NCBI GenBank assembly: GCA_964493715.1
Contig: CAZBPC010000011.1
Coordinates: 880-64,879, forward strand
Source of the DNA: an uncultured archaeon
GTDB taxonomy: Archaea; Asgardarchaeota; Lokiarchaeia; Sigyniarchaeales; SOKP01
Direction: 5' to 3'
Length of the DNA stretch: 64,000 nt
Position 1 is the first letter of the stretch; every line of letters starts with the position of its first letter. Position numbers and translations under genes: made by a program. The notes under the pieces are model-generated. The model was not told where the DNA came from. It saw only the letters and a program-made list of their open reading frames with translations, and searched no databases. Of this stretch, positions 47,965 to 58,156 are shown one piece after another.

Positions 47965-48141
47965 TTAATCCTCTTTTTTTTTAAATTTAAAACGCTTTTT
48001 CTTTTTTTTTTCTTGAATTTTTCTATAACACTCGGGACAGTAATTATACGCTTCTTCTATCATTTCTCCGCATTTATCACAGTGTTTATGAGGATAAATG
48101 TACAAATCATTTGTTTTCTTATATCTCTCAAATTTACTCAA
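47965..48141 (-). CDS. small (58 aa) basic zinc-ribbon protein, below the ORF-track size cutoff
   Basis: My own translation is (M)SKFERYKKTNDLYIYPHKHCDKCGEMIEEAYNYCPECYRKIQEKKKKKRFKFKKKED. TTG start, with GGAG 7-8 nt upstream. Confidence 0.45.
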   Translation of the reverse strand: MSKFERYKKTNDLYIYPHKHCDKCGEMIEEAYNYCPECYRKIQEKKKKKRFKFKKKED

Positions 48142-48285
48142 AAAAAATCTCCTAAAGTTTATTGTTGATTAATCAATATCTTTGGTAAATTTTAATTCTT
48201 TCACTCTACTTACAAAATAAATATTTCTTTGAAAAAAATAAAAAAAGGTAGTGTTTTTATATTTTTCTCTTAAAATTCTAATGAA

Positions 48286-49392
48286 ATGACCAAAAAAGGT
48301 AAATTTAAACTATCCTCATTTTTAGTAGAGGACTTTTTAATTTATTTTAAAAGTATCAATAAAAATCAGAAACTAAATGCTTTTGCTGTAGCTCTAGTTC
48401 CAGATTTTCAAGACATTTTTCCACATTTAATTCAAATGTTGAGAAAAAGACATATCAATTATTTTTCAGTACAAATTAACGTTATGGAAAAAAGAGAAGA
48501 TTTGATTATTTTAAATCTCTATAATAACAATAAAGATGGAATAATTAGGTCTTTCCATATTGTTTATGAATATCTAAATAAGCAGAGTAAAATTAAGTGT
48601 TTTTATAAAGATGATATGCTAAGGAATACATTTCTTGGTTTACTAACAACAGATTTAAATTCACATATTAAATTAATAAAGCCATCAAACTCCTTAATGA
48701 TAATAAATCAAAATGAGACGAAAGTTTTTAAATTATATGAATTAGATTTTGAAAGAGAAAATATATCGATTCTTATCTCTAATTTTATAAATTATCTTGT
48801 TAATTCAGAGTTAGGAGGATACTTTCTTTTAAATGTGCAATTTAATGAATATGATAACATTTTTGCTAGATCTATATATATCAATTTGAGTGAAACGATT
48901 CAAGAAGATAAAAGCATTATCGAAAAGGAAATTAATGAATTTTTTGACCGGCAAATATTAAAGAGCATAAGGTTAGAACTTATTGACGTTTTTTCAATAC
49001 TTTGGAGAAAACTATTTAACAATAATAAACAAATGTTTACCAAACTATCAGATTGGGGAATAAACAGTGAAGATAAATTAAACATAAGGGAGATTGTCAA
49101 TGAAATTGAACATAGTTTCAAGGAAAAGAACATCAATTTTCAAAAAATTAATCCATTTCTATTCTTTATTGAACAAAATAAAATATTCCTCATTGTTAAA
49201 GAAGTAGATATTACCCATATTTCAAAAATATTGAATAAATACTATTCAAAATATAAGATCTTTATTCTTATCATTGAGGACGAAGAGTATGATAAATTAA
49301 AAAAAATTGAGAAAATAACCCAATTAAAGGATCTCAAAATGATGAAAATATCTGATCTTTCTCAATTTAATTATACAACCTTGAAAAATTAG
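48286..49392 (+). CDS. hypothetical protein (368 aa)
   Basis: Long ORF. No motif recognised. Confidence 0.5.
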   Translation: MTKKGKFKLSSFLVEDFLIYFKSINKNQKLNAFAVALVPDFQDIFPHLIQMLRKRHINYFSVQINVMEKREDLIILNLYNNNKDGIIRSFHIVYEYLNKQSKIKCFYKDDMLRNTFLGLLTTDLNSHIKLIKPSNSLMIINQNETKVFKLYELDFERENISILISNFINYLVNSELGGYFLLNVQFNEYDNIFARSIYINLSETIQEDKSIIEKEINEFFDRQILKSIRLELIDVFSILWRKLFNNNKQMFTKLSDWGINSEDKLNIREIVNEIEHSFKEKNINFQKINPFLFFIEQNKIFLIVKEVDITHISKILNKYYSKYKIFILIIEDEEYDKLKKIEKITQLKDLKMMKISDLSQFNYTTLKN

Positions 49393-49397
49393 TTGAA

Positions 49398-49661
49398 TTA
49401 GAAAATGCCTAGATCGATTGCGATATCCTGTGCAGAATTATCCGGATGTAATTTAAGAAAAGCTTTTTTCTCTCCTTTGGGGGTAATTAGAGTATTCACT
49501 TTAATAACCTTAACGTTATGAATTTTTTCGACGGCTCTTTTTATTTCACTTTTATTAGAGGTTCTATCAACTAGAAATACTAATTTATTCTCTTTTTCAA
49601 TTAAATCAAATGTTTTTTCTGTTATTAATGGTTTTTTAATTATACTATAATATCTTTCCAT
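49398..49661 (-). CDS. rpl23: 50S ribosomal protein uL23
   Basis: IIKKPLITEKT...NKLVFLVD...NK.EIK.AVEK...VKV..VNT. Confidence 0.9.
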   Translation of the reverse strand: MERYYSIIKKPLITEKTFDLIEKENKLVFLVDRTSNKSEIKRAVEKIHNVKVIKVNTLITPKGEKKAFLKLHPDNSAQDIAIDLGIF

Positions 49662-50451
49662 ATTTAATCAGATCCTCAAAATTATTTAATTCACTAAAAG
49701 CTGATTGCGTCCAAATTATAAAACGTCCGGGCATTGCTCCTGGTGCAAGAAGTTCGACTGATAAATCTTCTACCTTCGAAATATCCATTCCTAAAAGATT
49801 TTTTGACGCTTTAACAATTCCAAAATCATCCTTAATTACAAGTAAGGGACCCTTTCTAATTTTATACTTTCTTCCTCTTCTTTTTCCTTTACCAGCCCTT
49901 ATTTTTTTTGTCTTCTTAATTTTTTGTAATTCTTGACCTAGTCCTAAATCACATAGAATCTCATAGATTTCCCGTGTCTTTTTTACAGTTTGCACCTTGT
50001 CATCAATAACTAATGGTATTTCAGGAATATTTTCTACAATATGTCCCCTTTGTTTAACCAATTTTTGGTTACCTGAAGCAGAAATAGCAGAGATTAAGGA
50101 TAATTTTTTAGTTTTATCATTAATTTTTTTCTTTATTTTTTTCTCTACCTTAACAGCATGTGCTGCACGCCCACCTTTCGCATATGGGACTCTTCCTACA
50201 TTTCGAGCAGTACTAAATCCAGATCCTTGTATTCTAGGTGCTCTTGACATTCCATGCCCTGTACCCCATCCTTTTGCAGTATTTCTTAAACCTGCTCTCT
50301 TATCTCTTCCTTGTACTTGTTTGTTCTTACTAGTAGAGACCTCACAAGCAAATCGTATTAGATCTAATCGGGGAGATACATTAAAAATTAGAGGTAAATC
50401 TAAAGATGTTTTTATCTGCCCTTCTAAATTATAAACATTAATCTTATCCAT
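49645..50451 (-). CDS. rpl4: 50S ribosomal protein uL4
   Basis: QGRDKRAGLRNTAKGWGTGHGMSRAPR is the archaeal L4 signature. Its position between uL3 and uL23 fits. Confidence 0.9.
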   Translation of the reverse strand: MDKINVYNLEGQIKTSLDLPLIFNVSPRLDLIRFACEVSTSKNKQVQGRDKRAGLRNTAKGWGTGHGMSRAPRIQGSGFSTARNVGRVPYAKGGRAAHAVKVEKKIKKKINDKTKKLSLISAISASGNQKLVKQRGHIVENIPEIPLVIDDKVQTVKKTREIYEILCDLGLGQELQKIKKTKKIRAGKGKRRGRKYKIRKGPLLVIKDDFGIVKASKNLLGMDISKVEDLSVELLAPGAMPGRFIIWTQSAFSELNNFEDLIKYGKIL

Positions 50452-50478
50452 AAATTTTCACTTGTTATCCTTTATATC

Positions 50479-51498
50479 TTATTTTCCTTGTTGACTCTCT
50501 CTACTGATAAACGTAATCTCTGGAGACTGAGCTTCAAATGATTTAATCGGACGGATAGTTTTTCTGATTCTAATTAATCTTTTCTTTGGTCCCGGAATCG
50601 AACCTAAAATAATAAGATAATCCCCTTTAATTTGACCATAATTAATCAATCCACCTTTTGGATTAATTTCCTCCTCGTTTTCTCCAATTAACATAATTCT
50701 TTTATGATATTCTGTTCTCTGGTGAAAACCTAATTGACCGGGTCGTGGTACCGTGTATAAAACTCTTGCTGGATGCCAAGGGCCAATACAAGCAACAGCT
50801 CTTCTAATTTTACTATTTTTACGCGGTAAGAGTTTAATTCCATATCTCTTAACTGGACCTTGGAAACCCTTTCCTTTAGTTACAGCAATAATATCTATCA
50901 ATTCACCTTCAACTAATACATCTCGAGCTCTAATTTGCCCGCCAAGCTTTTCCAATGCATAAGTTAATTCATTTTTAGGATCTCGAACTGAATTAAGTTT
51001 AATCTCGATAATATCTGGTTTTTTCCGTGGTAGAGATGAAAGATTGGGTTGAGTTTGAAAAACTCCTCTTATTTCACTTGTATCGTCTAGATTATCAAAT
51101 AATTTCTCTTTTGATTTTTTATAATCATTCTTATCAGGATTAGGAACATTAAGTTTACGACCTAAAAATTGGTTAATATTAGTTGATAATACTTCTCCAG
51201 CGATATAATTTCCATATTCATCTTGATTATAGAGTCTAATACCAATTAAGATTAATGGAGGTACTTCTAATATTGAAACTGGCTTCATCAGTTCTTTTCC
51301 ATAATACGGACTGTTTTTTTGATCTTCAATATAGGTTACATGTGTCATACCAGCTTTAAATCCAGCAAATCCAAGAAAATTTATATTATCACCCGAATCA
51401 ATCCAATGCCTTATTCTTCCTTTAATCGCTGCTGCTCTTTTTCTTGGAAGATATGCTAATGATCCGTGTCTAGGTGAGTGTTGTTTTCGATGTCCCAT
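50479..51498 (-). CDS. rpl3: 50S ribosomal protein uL3
   Basis: MGHRKQHSPRHGSLAYLPRKRA...FAGFKAGMTHV...KGKGFQGPVKR. Confidence 0.92.
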   Translation of the reverse strand: MGHRKQHSPRHGSLAYLPRKRAAAIKGRIRHWIDSGDNINFLGFAGFKAGMTHVTYIEDQKNSPYYGKELMKPVSILEVPPLILIGIRLYNQDEYGNYIAGEVLSTNINQFLGRKLNVPNPDKNDYKKSKEKLFDNLDDTSEIRGVFQTQPNLSSLPRKKPDIIEIKLNSVRDPKNELTYALEKLGGQIRARDVLVEGELIDIIAVTKGKGFQGPVKRYGIKLLPRKNSKIRRAVACIGPWHPARVLYTVPRPGQLGFHQRTEYHKRIMLIGENEEEINPKGGLINYGQIKGDYLIILGSIPGPKKRLIRIRKTIRPIKSFEAQSPEITFISRESQQGK

Positions 51499-51586
51499 AA
51501 CTAATCACTTGAATATTGGAGTTTTAAATTAATCAAAGTAAAAAAAGTTTCGTATTCCTAATCATATATTTGAGAACCAACCATAA

Positions 51587-53803
51587 ATGGGGTGCTTTTT
51601 AATAGTAAATTCTAATTTATACTTTATGGAAATAAACTTAAGCAAATCCTCATCCATTCAAGAAAAAGAAAACTTAAATGGAACAAAAGAAAAATTTTTA
51701 GTTATTAATTGTAAAAATTGTGAGATTTTTTCACAAAAAGACATTTATCAAGACGAGTGCATTTCTTGTGTATTAACCGTTCTTAAAAATAATAAGAATA
51801 ATAAGTCTAAATATCTGACGGTTGGAGATCCTACTTATAATATTCAATATCATACATATAACAAATTAATCTCTTATTATAATAATCAAAAACAAATCAA
51901 GAGAATTTGGAATAAAATATTATCGACGAAAGCACAGAAATGTATCTATAATGATTTTAAGTGTAAACAATTTCATAATTTAAATGATTATCTCTATATT
52001 GAAGAAAATCTGTTTGATGATCCTATAGAACTATATATAAGACTTAAAAAATTTGAAACTATATTTATCCAAAAGGAATTAAATGATACCTATTGTAAAA
52101 GTTGTTTAACTGAGATTCAATCTCTTCTTTTTAAACTCATAAAAATTTTAGATAATTCTAAAATCATTATTGAATTTAAGAAATATCAGTTTATTATCAA
52201 AGATTTAAACTCTAGATCTAAGTTCTATAAACAATTATTTTTCAGAAATCAATATGAAAAAAAACCTAATTTAAATAGGCAAATCGAAATAAATAAAAAC
52301 CTAAAAAAACAAACAAATTACATAATAGGAGAGGAAAAGCTTTTCCAAGTTGGGATTTATGAGGTAAAAAACGAGGTAGAGTCCCTTTACGAAGTGATCC
52401 TTAACTTTTCAAACAAATTGAATAATATCTATATTGAAAAAGTTACTAAGGATGTTGGAAAGACGTTTGAACTAATCAACATAGATAAAATTCTTTCATT
52501 TGAAGAATTAATCGAAAGGTATAAAAATCAAGCTTTAAATTACATACTCCAGAAATATCGTTTTTCAAAGGAGGACGCAGAAAAGCTAGCTTTGTTAGCA
52601 ACAATTATAAGGATTAACTTGCTTAAATTATTTCCATTACTTATTGATGATTTTGTTGAAGAAATATTTCTAGATTCACCCGAAGAAATGATATATTTAA
52701 ACCATCAAAAATTTGGACGTTGTAGAACCAACATTAAATTCAGTCGAGGAGAAACCGAACGTTTAAAAACATTTTTAAGAGTTTATAGTGGAAAACGTCT
52801 GGATTACTCTAATCCGAGTATTAAATTTGTAATAAAAAACAAATTCTTTTATTGTAGATTCGCTATTGATGTTTCTCCAATTCAATTAAACGATTTCGCA
52901 TTAGATATAAGAAAACTTAATAAAAATGTAATGACAATCCAAGATCTTTTAAAAAATGAGACTCTAAGTGTGGAAATGGGAGCATTCTTATATTTCATTA
53001 TCTTAAGAAGAATAAATATTACTGTTACTGGTGAAACGGATACAGGGAAAACAACACTAATTAATGCATTCGATCTAATTACTCCTAAAGAATTTAGGAA
53101 AATTTATATTGAAAACGTTGTCGAGTCATTGGATCAAAATATTTTTCATAAGCATCAATTAAAATTCATAGTGGATTCGTTAGAAGATTCTAATAATTTC
53201 CGATATTCAAAACATAATCAAATTAAAAAATTACTTCATCGTACACCTGATATTATATATTTAGGAGAAATTTTAACGGCAGATGAAGCAAAAGCTTTAT
53301 TTCATTGTTTATCAGCTGGTTTAAGAGGATTTCAGACTATCCATTCAAATGATATTTCTTCCCTTTTCAATCGCCTATTATATCATTTTGGTATTGATCG
53401 AAGTTGTTTAAACGATTTAGGTCTTATTATTTTAATGAAAAAAAATCAAAATAAGAGAAGAATTATCTCAGTTACTGAAATAAATAAGGAATTATTAAAT
53501 AATGAAATTGTTAATTCCATTTTTATTTATAATCCTCAATGCGATCTATGGGAGAGGAAAATTAATACCTATGAAACATTAACAATTTTGAATATAAAAA
53601 GATATGAAAATCTTAATGAAGAAAAATATCAATTTTTCATTAAAATATATGAAGAAATCTTCCAATTTCTCAAATCCAATGATAAGATATCAAATATGGC
53701 ATTAGTTCAGTTGTTTGATGCTATCTCTTACTTTTCGTTTAAAAACCCCTCCCAATTAGAAGATTTGTGGAATAACTGGAAAAAGTCACGGAATTTAAAT
53801 TGA
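51587..53803 (+). CDS. type IV filament/secretion ATPase (FlaI/TadA/VirB11 family) with a ~440-aa N-terminal extension
   Basis: Walker A VTGETDTGKTTLINAF, Walker B/Asp box HRTPDIIYLGEI, His box GLRGFQTIHSN. The N-terminal region has Cys pairs (CKNC...CISC) and no recognised domain. The true start may be the Met at 51626. Confidence 0.8.
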   Translation: MGCFLIVNSNLYFMEINLSKSSSIQEKENLNGTKEKFLVINCKNCEIFSQKDIYQDECISCVLTVLKNNKNNKSKYLTVGDPTYNIQYHTYNKLISYYNNQKQIKRIWNKILSTKAQKCIYNDFKCKQFHNLNDYLYIEENLFDDPIELYIRLKKFETIFIQKELNDTYCKSCLTEIQSLLFKLIKILDNSKIIIEFKKYQFIIKDLNSRSKFYKQLFFRNQYEKKPNLNRQIEINKNLKKQTNYIIGEEKLFQVGIYEVKNEVESLYEVILNFSNKLNNIYIEKVTKDVGKTFELINIDKILSFEELIERYKNQALNYILQKYRFSKEDAEKLALLATIIRINLLKLFPLLIDDFVEEIFLDSPEEMIYLNHQKFGRCRTNIKFSRGETERLKTFLRVYSGKRLDYSNPSIKFVIKNKFFYCRFAIDVSPIQLNDFALDIRKLNKNVMTIQDLLKNETLSVEMGAFLYFIILRRINITVTGETDTGKTTLINAFDLITPKEFRKIYIENVVESLDQNIFHKHQLKFIVDSLEDSNNFRYSKHNQIKKLLHRTPDIIYLGEILTADEAKALFHCLSAGLRGFQTIHSNDISSLFNRLLYHFGIDRSCLNDLGLIILMKKNQNKRRIISVTEINKELLNNEIVNSIFIYNPQCDLWERKINTYETLTILNIKRYENLNEEKYQFFIKIYEEIFQFLKSNDKISNMALVQLFDAISYFSFKNPSQLEDLWNNWKKSRNLN

Positions 53804-53821
53804 TAGAAATAAAAATAGGGT

Positions 53822-54235
53822 ATGACAAATATGGTTGAAAAGTCAATGCTAATTGGCTTTGGTCTATTTACCCTGATATTATTTCTCTCAATTATTCAAC
53901 CCTTTTTAGCAGAAATAATGCAATTTTATGATGAAGACAAGCAAAATTTAGAAAATATAGAAAATTTTATTGAAGAAATTGATAATGCAATAATATATAT
54001 TATATCAAATCCTGAAGAAATTTATCAAAAGGAACTATTATATCCAAGAGATTTAAACATCACGATTTCTGGAAACGAAGTAGAATATAATTACTTAATT
54101 AATAGTAATGTGTACTCGAATTCAAAAAATTATGGAATTTTATTTCATGATGTATTTTATCATTATAATACTTCAAAACAATATATCTTACAAGTGTTTT
54201 TCGAATCTAATTATATAAGAATCTTATTTATTTAG
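53822..54235 (+). CDS. small protein with an N-terminal TM helix (FlaF/FlaG- or pilin-like accessory candidate)
   Basis: KSMLIGFGLFTLILFLSIIQPFL hydrophobic N-terminus. Located between the ATPase and the platform gene. Confidence 0.45.
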   Translation: MTNMVEKSMLIGFGLFTLILFLSIIQPFLAEIMQFYDEDKQNLENIENFIEEIDNAIIYIISNPEEIYQKELLYPRDLNITISGNEVEYNYLINSNVYSNSKNYGILFHDVFYHYNTSKQYILQVFFESNYIRILFI

Positions 54236-54254
54236 AAATTTATGGAAGAATAAA

Positions 54255-55781
54255 ATGAATCTTAATAGTATTTATCTTAAGTTTTGCAGGAAATTTCATG
54301 ATTATAAAATTCCTGGATTAAAATTCAAAGAATTAGACATGAGAATTAAGAAGATATATAAGGATTTTTATCAAATTGAAGAAAATGATATAAATAAAGC
54401 GACATTCGTAATTCTAATCATCTCGATTATTAGTTTTACCTTCATTTCATTAATTTTTACTTCTTTTAACATTTATATGATTTTATTATTTACATTTATT
54501 TTTTCACTAAGTATTTCTTATTTCTTTAATTTAAGAATCTTTAAAGAAATAAGAAAAAAAGATATGAAAATTAACTCAATCCTTCATTTAATCAAAATAT
54601 ATTATTCACTTATTGAAAAATCCCTATTAACAGACTCGGATCGAGTACTTGCTTTCATTCAGCTTATAAATGATTTTGAAATTTCCGTATCAAAAGCTTT
54701 TATTCATTCCGTGAAGGTAATTCAAGAAGGAACTAATCCCGAAGTATATTTGCAAAATATTAAAACATTTTCACAAGATTTTGATAATTATATCAAAGAA
54801 TTATTATTGTGTGATTTTATCCCTCAAAACAAATTTGAGCAAATTGAGGATGGATCGTTAGAAAACAGTTTCAGAGTGTTTATAAAACAACTAGAATCAA
54901 GACTGAGCATAGTTTTTTTTATAGGTATTTTCTTCCCCTTAGGTGCTTGTTTCTTGATTTTATTTCAAATGACAAATGTTGTGTTTTTATTAATTCTTAT
55001 TCCAATCTATTTCTTATTGTTAAGCTATATGAACCGTAAATTCGTTAAATCCGATATTTTTCTTATTGGATTATTGTCAGATTATTCGAAGCGTGAAAAG
55101 AAAAGGTTTAAAGAATTTATAGAATTCATAAAACTTTTTTCACTTAACTTGCAAAAAAATATATCCCCTGAAGCCGCATATATTAATGCTTTTTCTCGAC
55201 AAAGAGCACACCTAAAATTTTTAAATTCAGATCTTCAAAACCATTCATTAAGTTTAGTTAATTTTTCTTATTCTTTTAATGAAATGATTGATAAATTAAA
55301 AATTCAAATAAATTCATTTCGATATTCAATAATTTTACAAGTATTAAAAAAAATCCTTGAACAAAATCCTCTAGCATCATCAAATAAAATTATGGACATC
55401 ATTACAGTTCTCAATAGCCACCAGAGACTTGAGAAAAAGCTAGAAATTATAATAAAAGGGGAAAAGTTTAAGGCTTTTCTCTACTTATTCATAATGCCAT
55501 TTGTATTGGGGATAATTGGGGGTTTAATCCCTTCATTTTACATAATTTTGAATAATGTTAATATTGACAATATTTTTCAGATCCTAATTGTTCAAAATAT
55601 TAATTTTATTTTAAATATTTCATTAACCTATATTTTCCTTATATTTTGTGTTATAATCTCGTCATTTTACTTCCTTAAAATTGTAAATCAACATAAAATT
55701 TATTTTCTTATTATTATCTCATGTATTTTATTTTCTCTTCTATATCTAATTTCAATACTTAATATTAGTTATTTTATATAA
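54255..55781 (+). CDS. polytopic membrane protein, FlaJ/TadC/PilC-like platform candidate
   Basis: Topology of TM pairs alternating with two ~110-130-aa helical soluble domains, as in T2SSF-family proteins. The position after the ATPase fits. No sequence motif was checked. Confidence 0.5.
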   Translation: MNLNSIYLKFCRKFHDYKIPGLKFKELDMRIKKIYKDFYQIEENDINKATFVILIISIISFTFISLIFTSFNIYMILLFTFIFSLSISYFFNLRIFKEIRKKDMKINSILHLIKIYYSLIEKSLLTDSDRVLAFIQLINDFEISVSKAFIHSVKVIQEGTNPEVYLQNIKTFSQDFDNYIKELLLCDFIPQNKFEQIEDGSLENSFRVFIKQLESRLSIVFFIGIFFPLGACFLILFQMTNVVFLLILIPIYFLLLSYMNRKFVKSDIFLIGLLSDYSKREKKRFKEFIEFIKLFSLNLQKNISPEAAYINAFSRQRAHLKFLNSDLQNHSLSLVNFSYSFNEMIDKLKIQINSFRYSIILQVLKKILEQNPLASSNKIMDIITVLNSHQRLEKKLEIIIKGEKFKAFLYLFIMPFVLGIIGGLIPSFYIILNNVNIDNIFQILIVQNINFILNISLTYIFLIFCVIISSFYFLKIVNQHKIYFLIIISCILFSLLYLISILNISYFI

Positions 55782-55783
55782 AA

Positions 55784-56074
55784 TTAGCCAAAAAAATGAA
55801 CATAGATAATATCAATGAATAAAAAAATCCCGATAAAGATATTTACTACCGGAGAGAAAAAAGATAGAATTTTAAAATAGAGATTGCTATTCCCTATCGT
55901 TAATATATTAAATTGATTTAGTAATACAAGATAAGGGATTAATAAAATTAAAAATAAAATAATACTAGTAAAAATAATAAATTGATCAGCTGATATTGAA
56001 GCAATTATGAAAATAACAATGAAAAAAATCATAAAAAACAATAATTCAAAAAAAATATAACTAACATTAAGCAT
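55784..56074 (-). CDS. small hydrophobic protein
   Basis: Three hydrophobic segments. Extremely AT-rich, so it may not be a real gene. Confidence 0.3.
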   Translation of the reverse strand: MLNVSYIFFELLFFMIFFIVIFIIASISADQFIIFTSIILFLILLIPYLVLLNQFNILTIGNSNLYFKILSFFSPVVNIFIGIFLFIDIIYVHFFG

Positions 56075-56259
56075 AACATTAATTTTAGTGAGATTTATAT
56101 ATAAAGTCAGAACAAATCATTTTGCTATATCTAATTACCTCTTTTCAATTAATTTACTTATAAAACAATTATGTAAATTATTTCATATGATTAATCATTA
56201 TAATTTTTATCACCGTTTTTATGGTAAAAAATTTATAAAAAAAAAGCTAGTATTTTATT

Positions 56260-56748
56260 ATGAGAAATTTGAAATTAAAAGGATTAAAATATGAGAAAGG
56301 GACTTATCAATTGTTTAATGATAGATTTGTATTTTTCCCGCCGCAAATCATAGATGTATTTTCTTCCATTTATGGAGAAGGCGTGAAATCTCTGTTAGTA
56401 TGGTTGGGTAAAAAGGCTGGTTGGGCGTTGATACAAGATTGGGATGATAATTTGAAATCAAAATCATTGTATGACCTAGTCACGCAATTCTGTAATATAA
56501 TAAGTAACCATGGATGGGGACGATTTATTCCGAAGACTGTATCAGATAAGATAATAATTATTGATCTTTATCAAAATATTTCCAGTGAGTTAGAAGATAA
56601 ATCTAAATATATCTGCTATTATATTACAGGAATTTTAGCGGGCTTTGGAGAATATGCTTTATACAGAGCCAATGTAACTGAGGTTGATTGCTGTCTTCAA
56701 AATCCTGAACGAGAGTCTTGTCAGTTTAAGATAGAAAAAACGCTTTGA
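56260..56748 (+). CDS. V4R (4-vinyl reductase / Bet3-TRAPP-related) domain protein
   Basis: LVWLGKKAGWALIQDW...HGWGRF...CYYITGILAGFGEYALYRANVTEVDCCLQNPERESCQFKIEK is a typical V4R C-terminal Cys-containing pattern. Confidence 0.7.
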   Translation: MRNLKLKGLKYEKGTYQLFNDRFVFFPPQIIDVFSSIYGEGVKSLLVWLGKKAGWALIQDWDDNLKSKSLYDLVTQFCNIISNHGWGRFIPKTVSDKIIIIDLYQNISSELEDKSKYICYYITGILAGFGEYALYRANVTEVDCCLQNPERESCQFKIEKTL

Positions 56749-56752
56749 TTGT

Positions 56753-57130
56753 TTACCAAGGATCCCATTCTTCTGGGTTTAAATCATTGGATTCATCATT
56801 GGTATAATCTTTCTCAACGATTTCATTGAGATCCTTTTTTTCAGTTATAATTTCATTATGATCATCGTAAATTTCAACATTGGTCATTTGATCCTGCAAG
56901 TAGTTTATATCTCCACCAATAATTACGTCTTTAAAAGCAATAATTAAAGAAAGAAAATTGAAGAATTCTGCTTTACCCATTTCGACTCGAATTAGATCTT
57001 TTTCTTTTCTAAGTGCTAATTTGATATTTCTAACCACACCGCTTATTTCAACTGATGTTAATTCAATTGTTTCATCATTTTTCTTCAAACTTATTTTCCA
57101 AGTTGTCTCTCTTGTCTTTTCAATTTCCAT
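56753..57130 (-). CDS. acidic hypothetical protein
   Basis: ORF with an acidic C-terminal tail ending EEWDPW. Confidence 0.45.
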   Translation of the reverse strand: MEIEKTRETTWKISLKKNDETIELTSVEISGVVRNIKLALRKEKDLIRVEMGKAEFFNFLSLIIAFKDVIIGGDINYLQDQMTNVEIYDDHNEIITEKKDLNEIVEKDYTNDESNDLNPEEWDPW

Positions 57131-57204
57131 TCTTAATATTTACTCCTATCAACTTATTTTGATAAATTAATAAAAATTATTACTTTTAAAATTTTATTAA
57201 TTGT

Positions 57205-57897
57205 CTATCCAAACATTAAAAATGATATTATATAACTCAGCGATATAACTAACGTTAGAGGAGGTCTATATTGGACTAAAATCTGAAGCTTTAAAGTTTT
57301 AACATTAAAAAATAATCCTCCTTCACATAATCGATATTTATCTTCTTTAATATCACCTAATTTTGATATATCTTGAAAAATGTAATAGGATTTTATAAAT
57401 TTTTTTCTAAAGCTTGAAAGAGGAATTGTTGTATTAAAATAAATATCAAATGAAAAACGGTACTTTATACACCCATTAATCAGGAATTTCATTAGAATTA
57501 ATCCGACATAAATAAACGTAAATATAAAATAAAAAAAGAAAATAAAAGTAAGTAAAGAATTAAATATTGGTTTAGAAAGGAATAGGATCATTATTAATTT
57601 ACCATCGCTTCCCCCTAAAATTCTAATTGTAAATAAATAAATTGAAATTAGAAGAGAAAAACATATTAAAAAAATCATTATAGCAAGATCTCCTAGTGAA
57701 AAACTGTTATTATAGATTAAATTTAGAAAAATAAATAGACAACAAAAAAATAGGCTAATAATAAAAAATCTATTCGATATCTTTCTTAATTTTAAATCAA
57801 AATAAGTATAGTATAATATTATGAATGTTATAAAGCAATTGTTAAGAAATGTTAAATCTGAAATCATAGGATCAAAATTCTCCTTCCCAAATCTCAA
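57205..57897 (-). CDS. A24-family prepilin/preflagellin peptidase (PibD/FlaK/TadV-like)
   Basis: First catalytic Asp context YTYFDLKLRKISN, second LGGSDGKLIMIL (G.GD.K motif). Polytopic. Confidence 0.65.
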   Translation of the reverse strand: MRFGKENFDPMISDLTFLNNCFITFIILYYTYFDLKLRKISNRFFIISLFFCCLFIFLNLIYNNSFSLGDLAIMIFLICFSLLISIYLFTIRILGGSDGKLIMILFLSKPIFNSLLTFIFFFYFIFTFIYVGLILMKFLINGCIKYRFSFDIYFNTTIPLSSFRKKFIKSYYIFQDISKLGDIKEDKYRLCEGGLFFNVKTLKLQILVQYRPPLTLVISLSYIISFLMFG

Positions 57898-58156
57898 TAA
57901 ATTTCTTTAAACTCTTCGCTTTTAAATTTTCATTTTTATATCTGAAAATCTTAATCCGCCCAAAATTTTTTTCTTGCACTAAATTAAGTAATTTTAGATG
58001 GTTCAAATGAGATGTTACACTTGAATGGTTTAATTTAGTATTTCTAATTATTTGAGTTATAGAAAGTTCATTATTTGCAGCTAATGTTTTCAAAATCTTA
58101 ATTTTAGCACGAGAACCAAATAGATTTTCTATATTGTTTTCATGACTTAATATCAT
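57872..58156 (-). CDS. ArsR-like winged helix-turn-helix regulator
   Basis: RAKIKILKTLAANNELSITQIIRNTKLNHSSVTSHLNHLKLLNLV. Confidence 0.7.
   Translation of the reverse strand: MILSHENNIENLFGSRAKIKILKTLAANNELSITQIIRNTKLNHSSVTSHLNHLKLLNLVQEKNFGRIKIFRYKNENLKAKSLKKFIEIWEGEF

Noticed and set aside
49997-50434. A 145-aa plus-strand ORF inside the uL4 gene.
   Set aside because: It is antisense to a highly conserved ribosomal protein gene, so it is a shadow ORF.
56088-56294. A 68-aa ORF in the AT-rich region upstream of the V4R gene.
   Set aside because: Its extreme AT-rich composition gives an I/K/F/Y/N-rich translation, and it overlaps the V4R gene start. It is more likely promoter or leader sequence.
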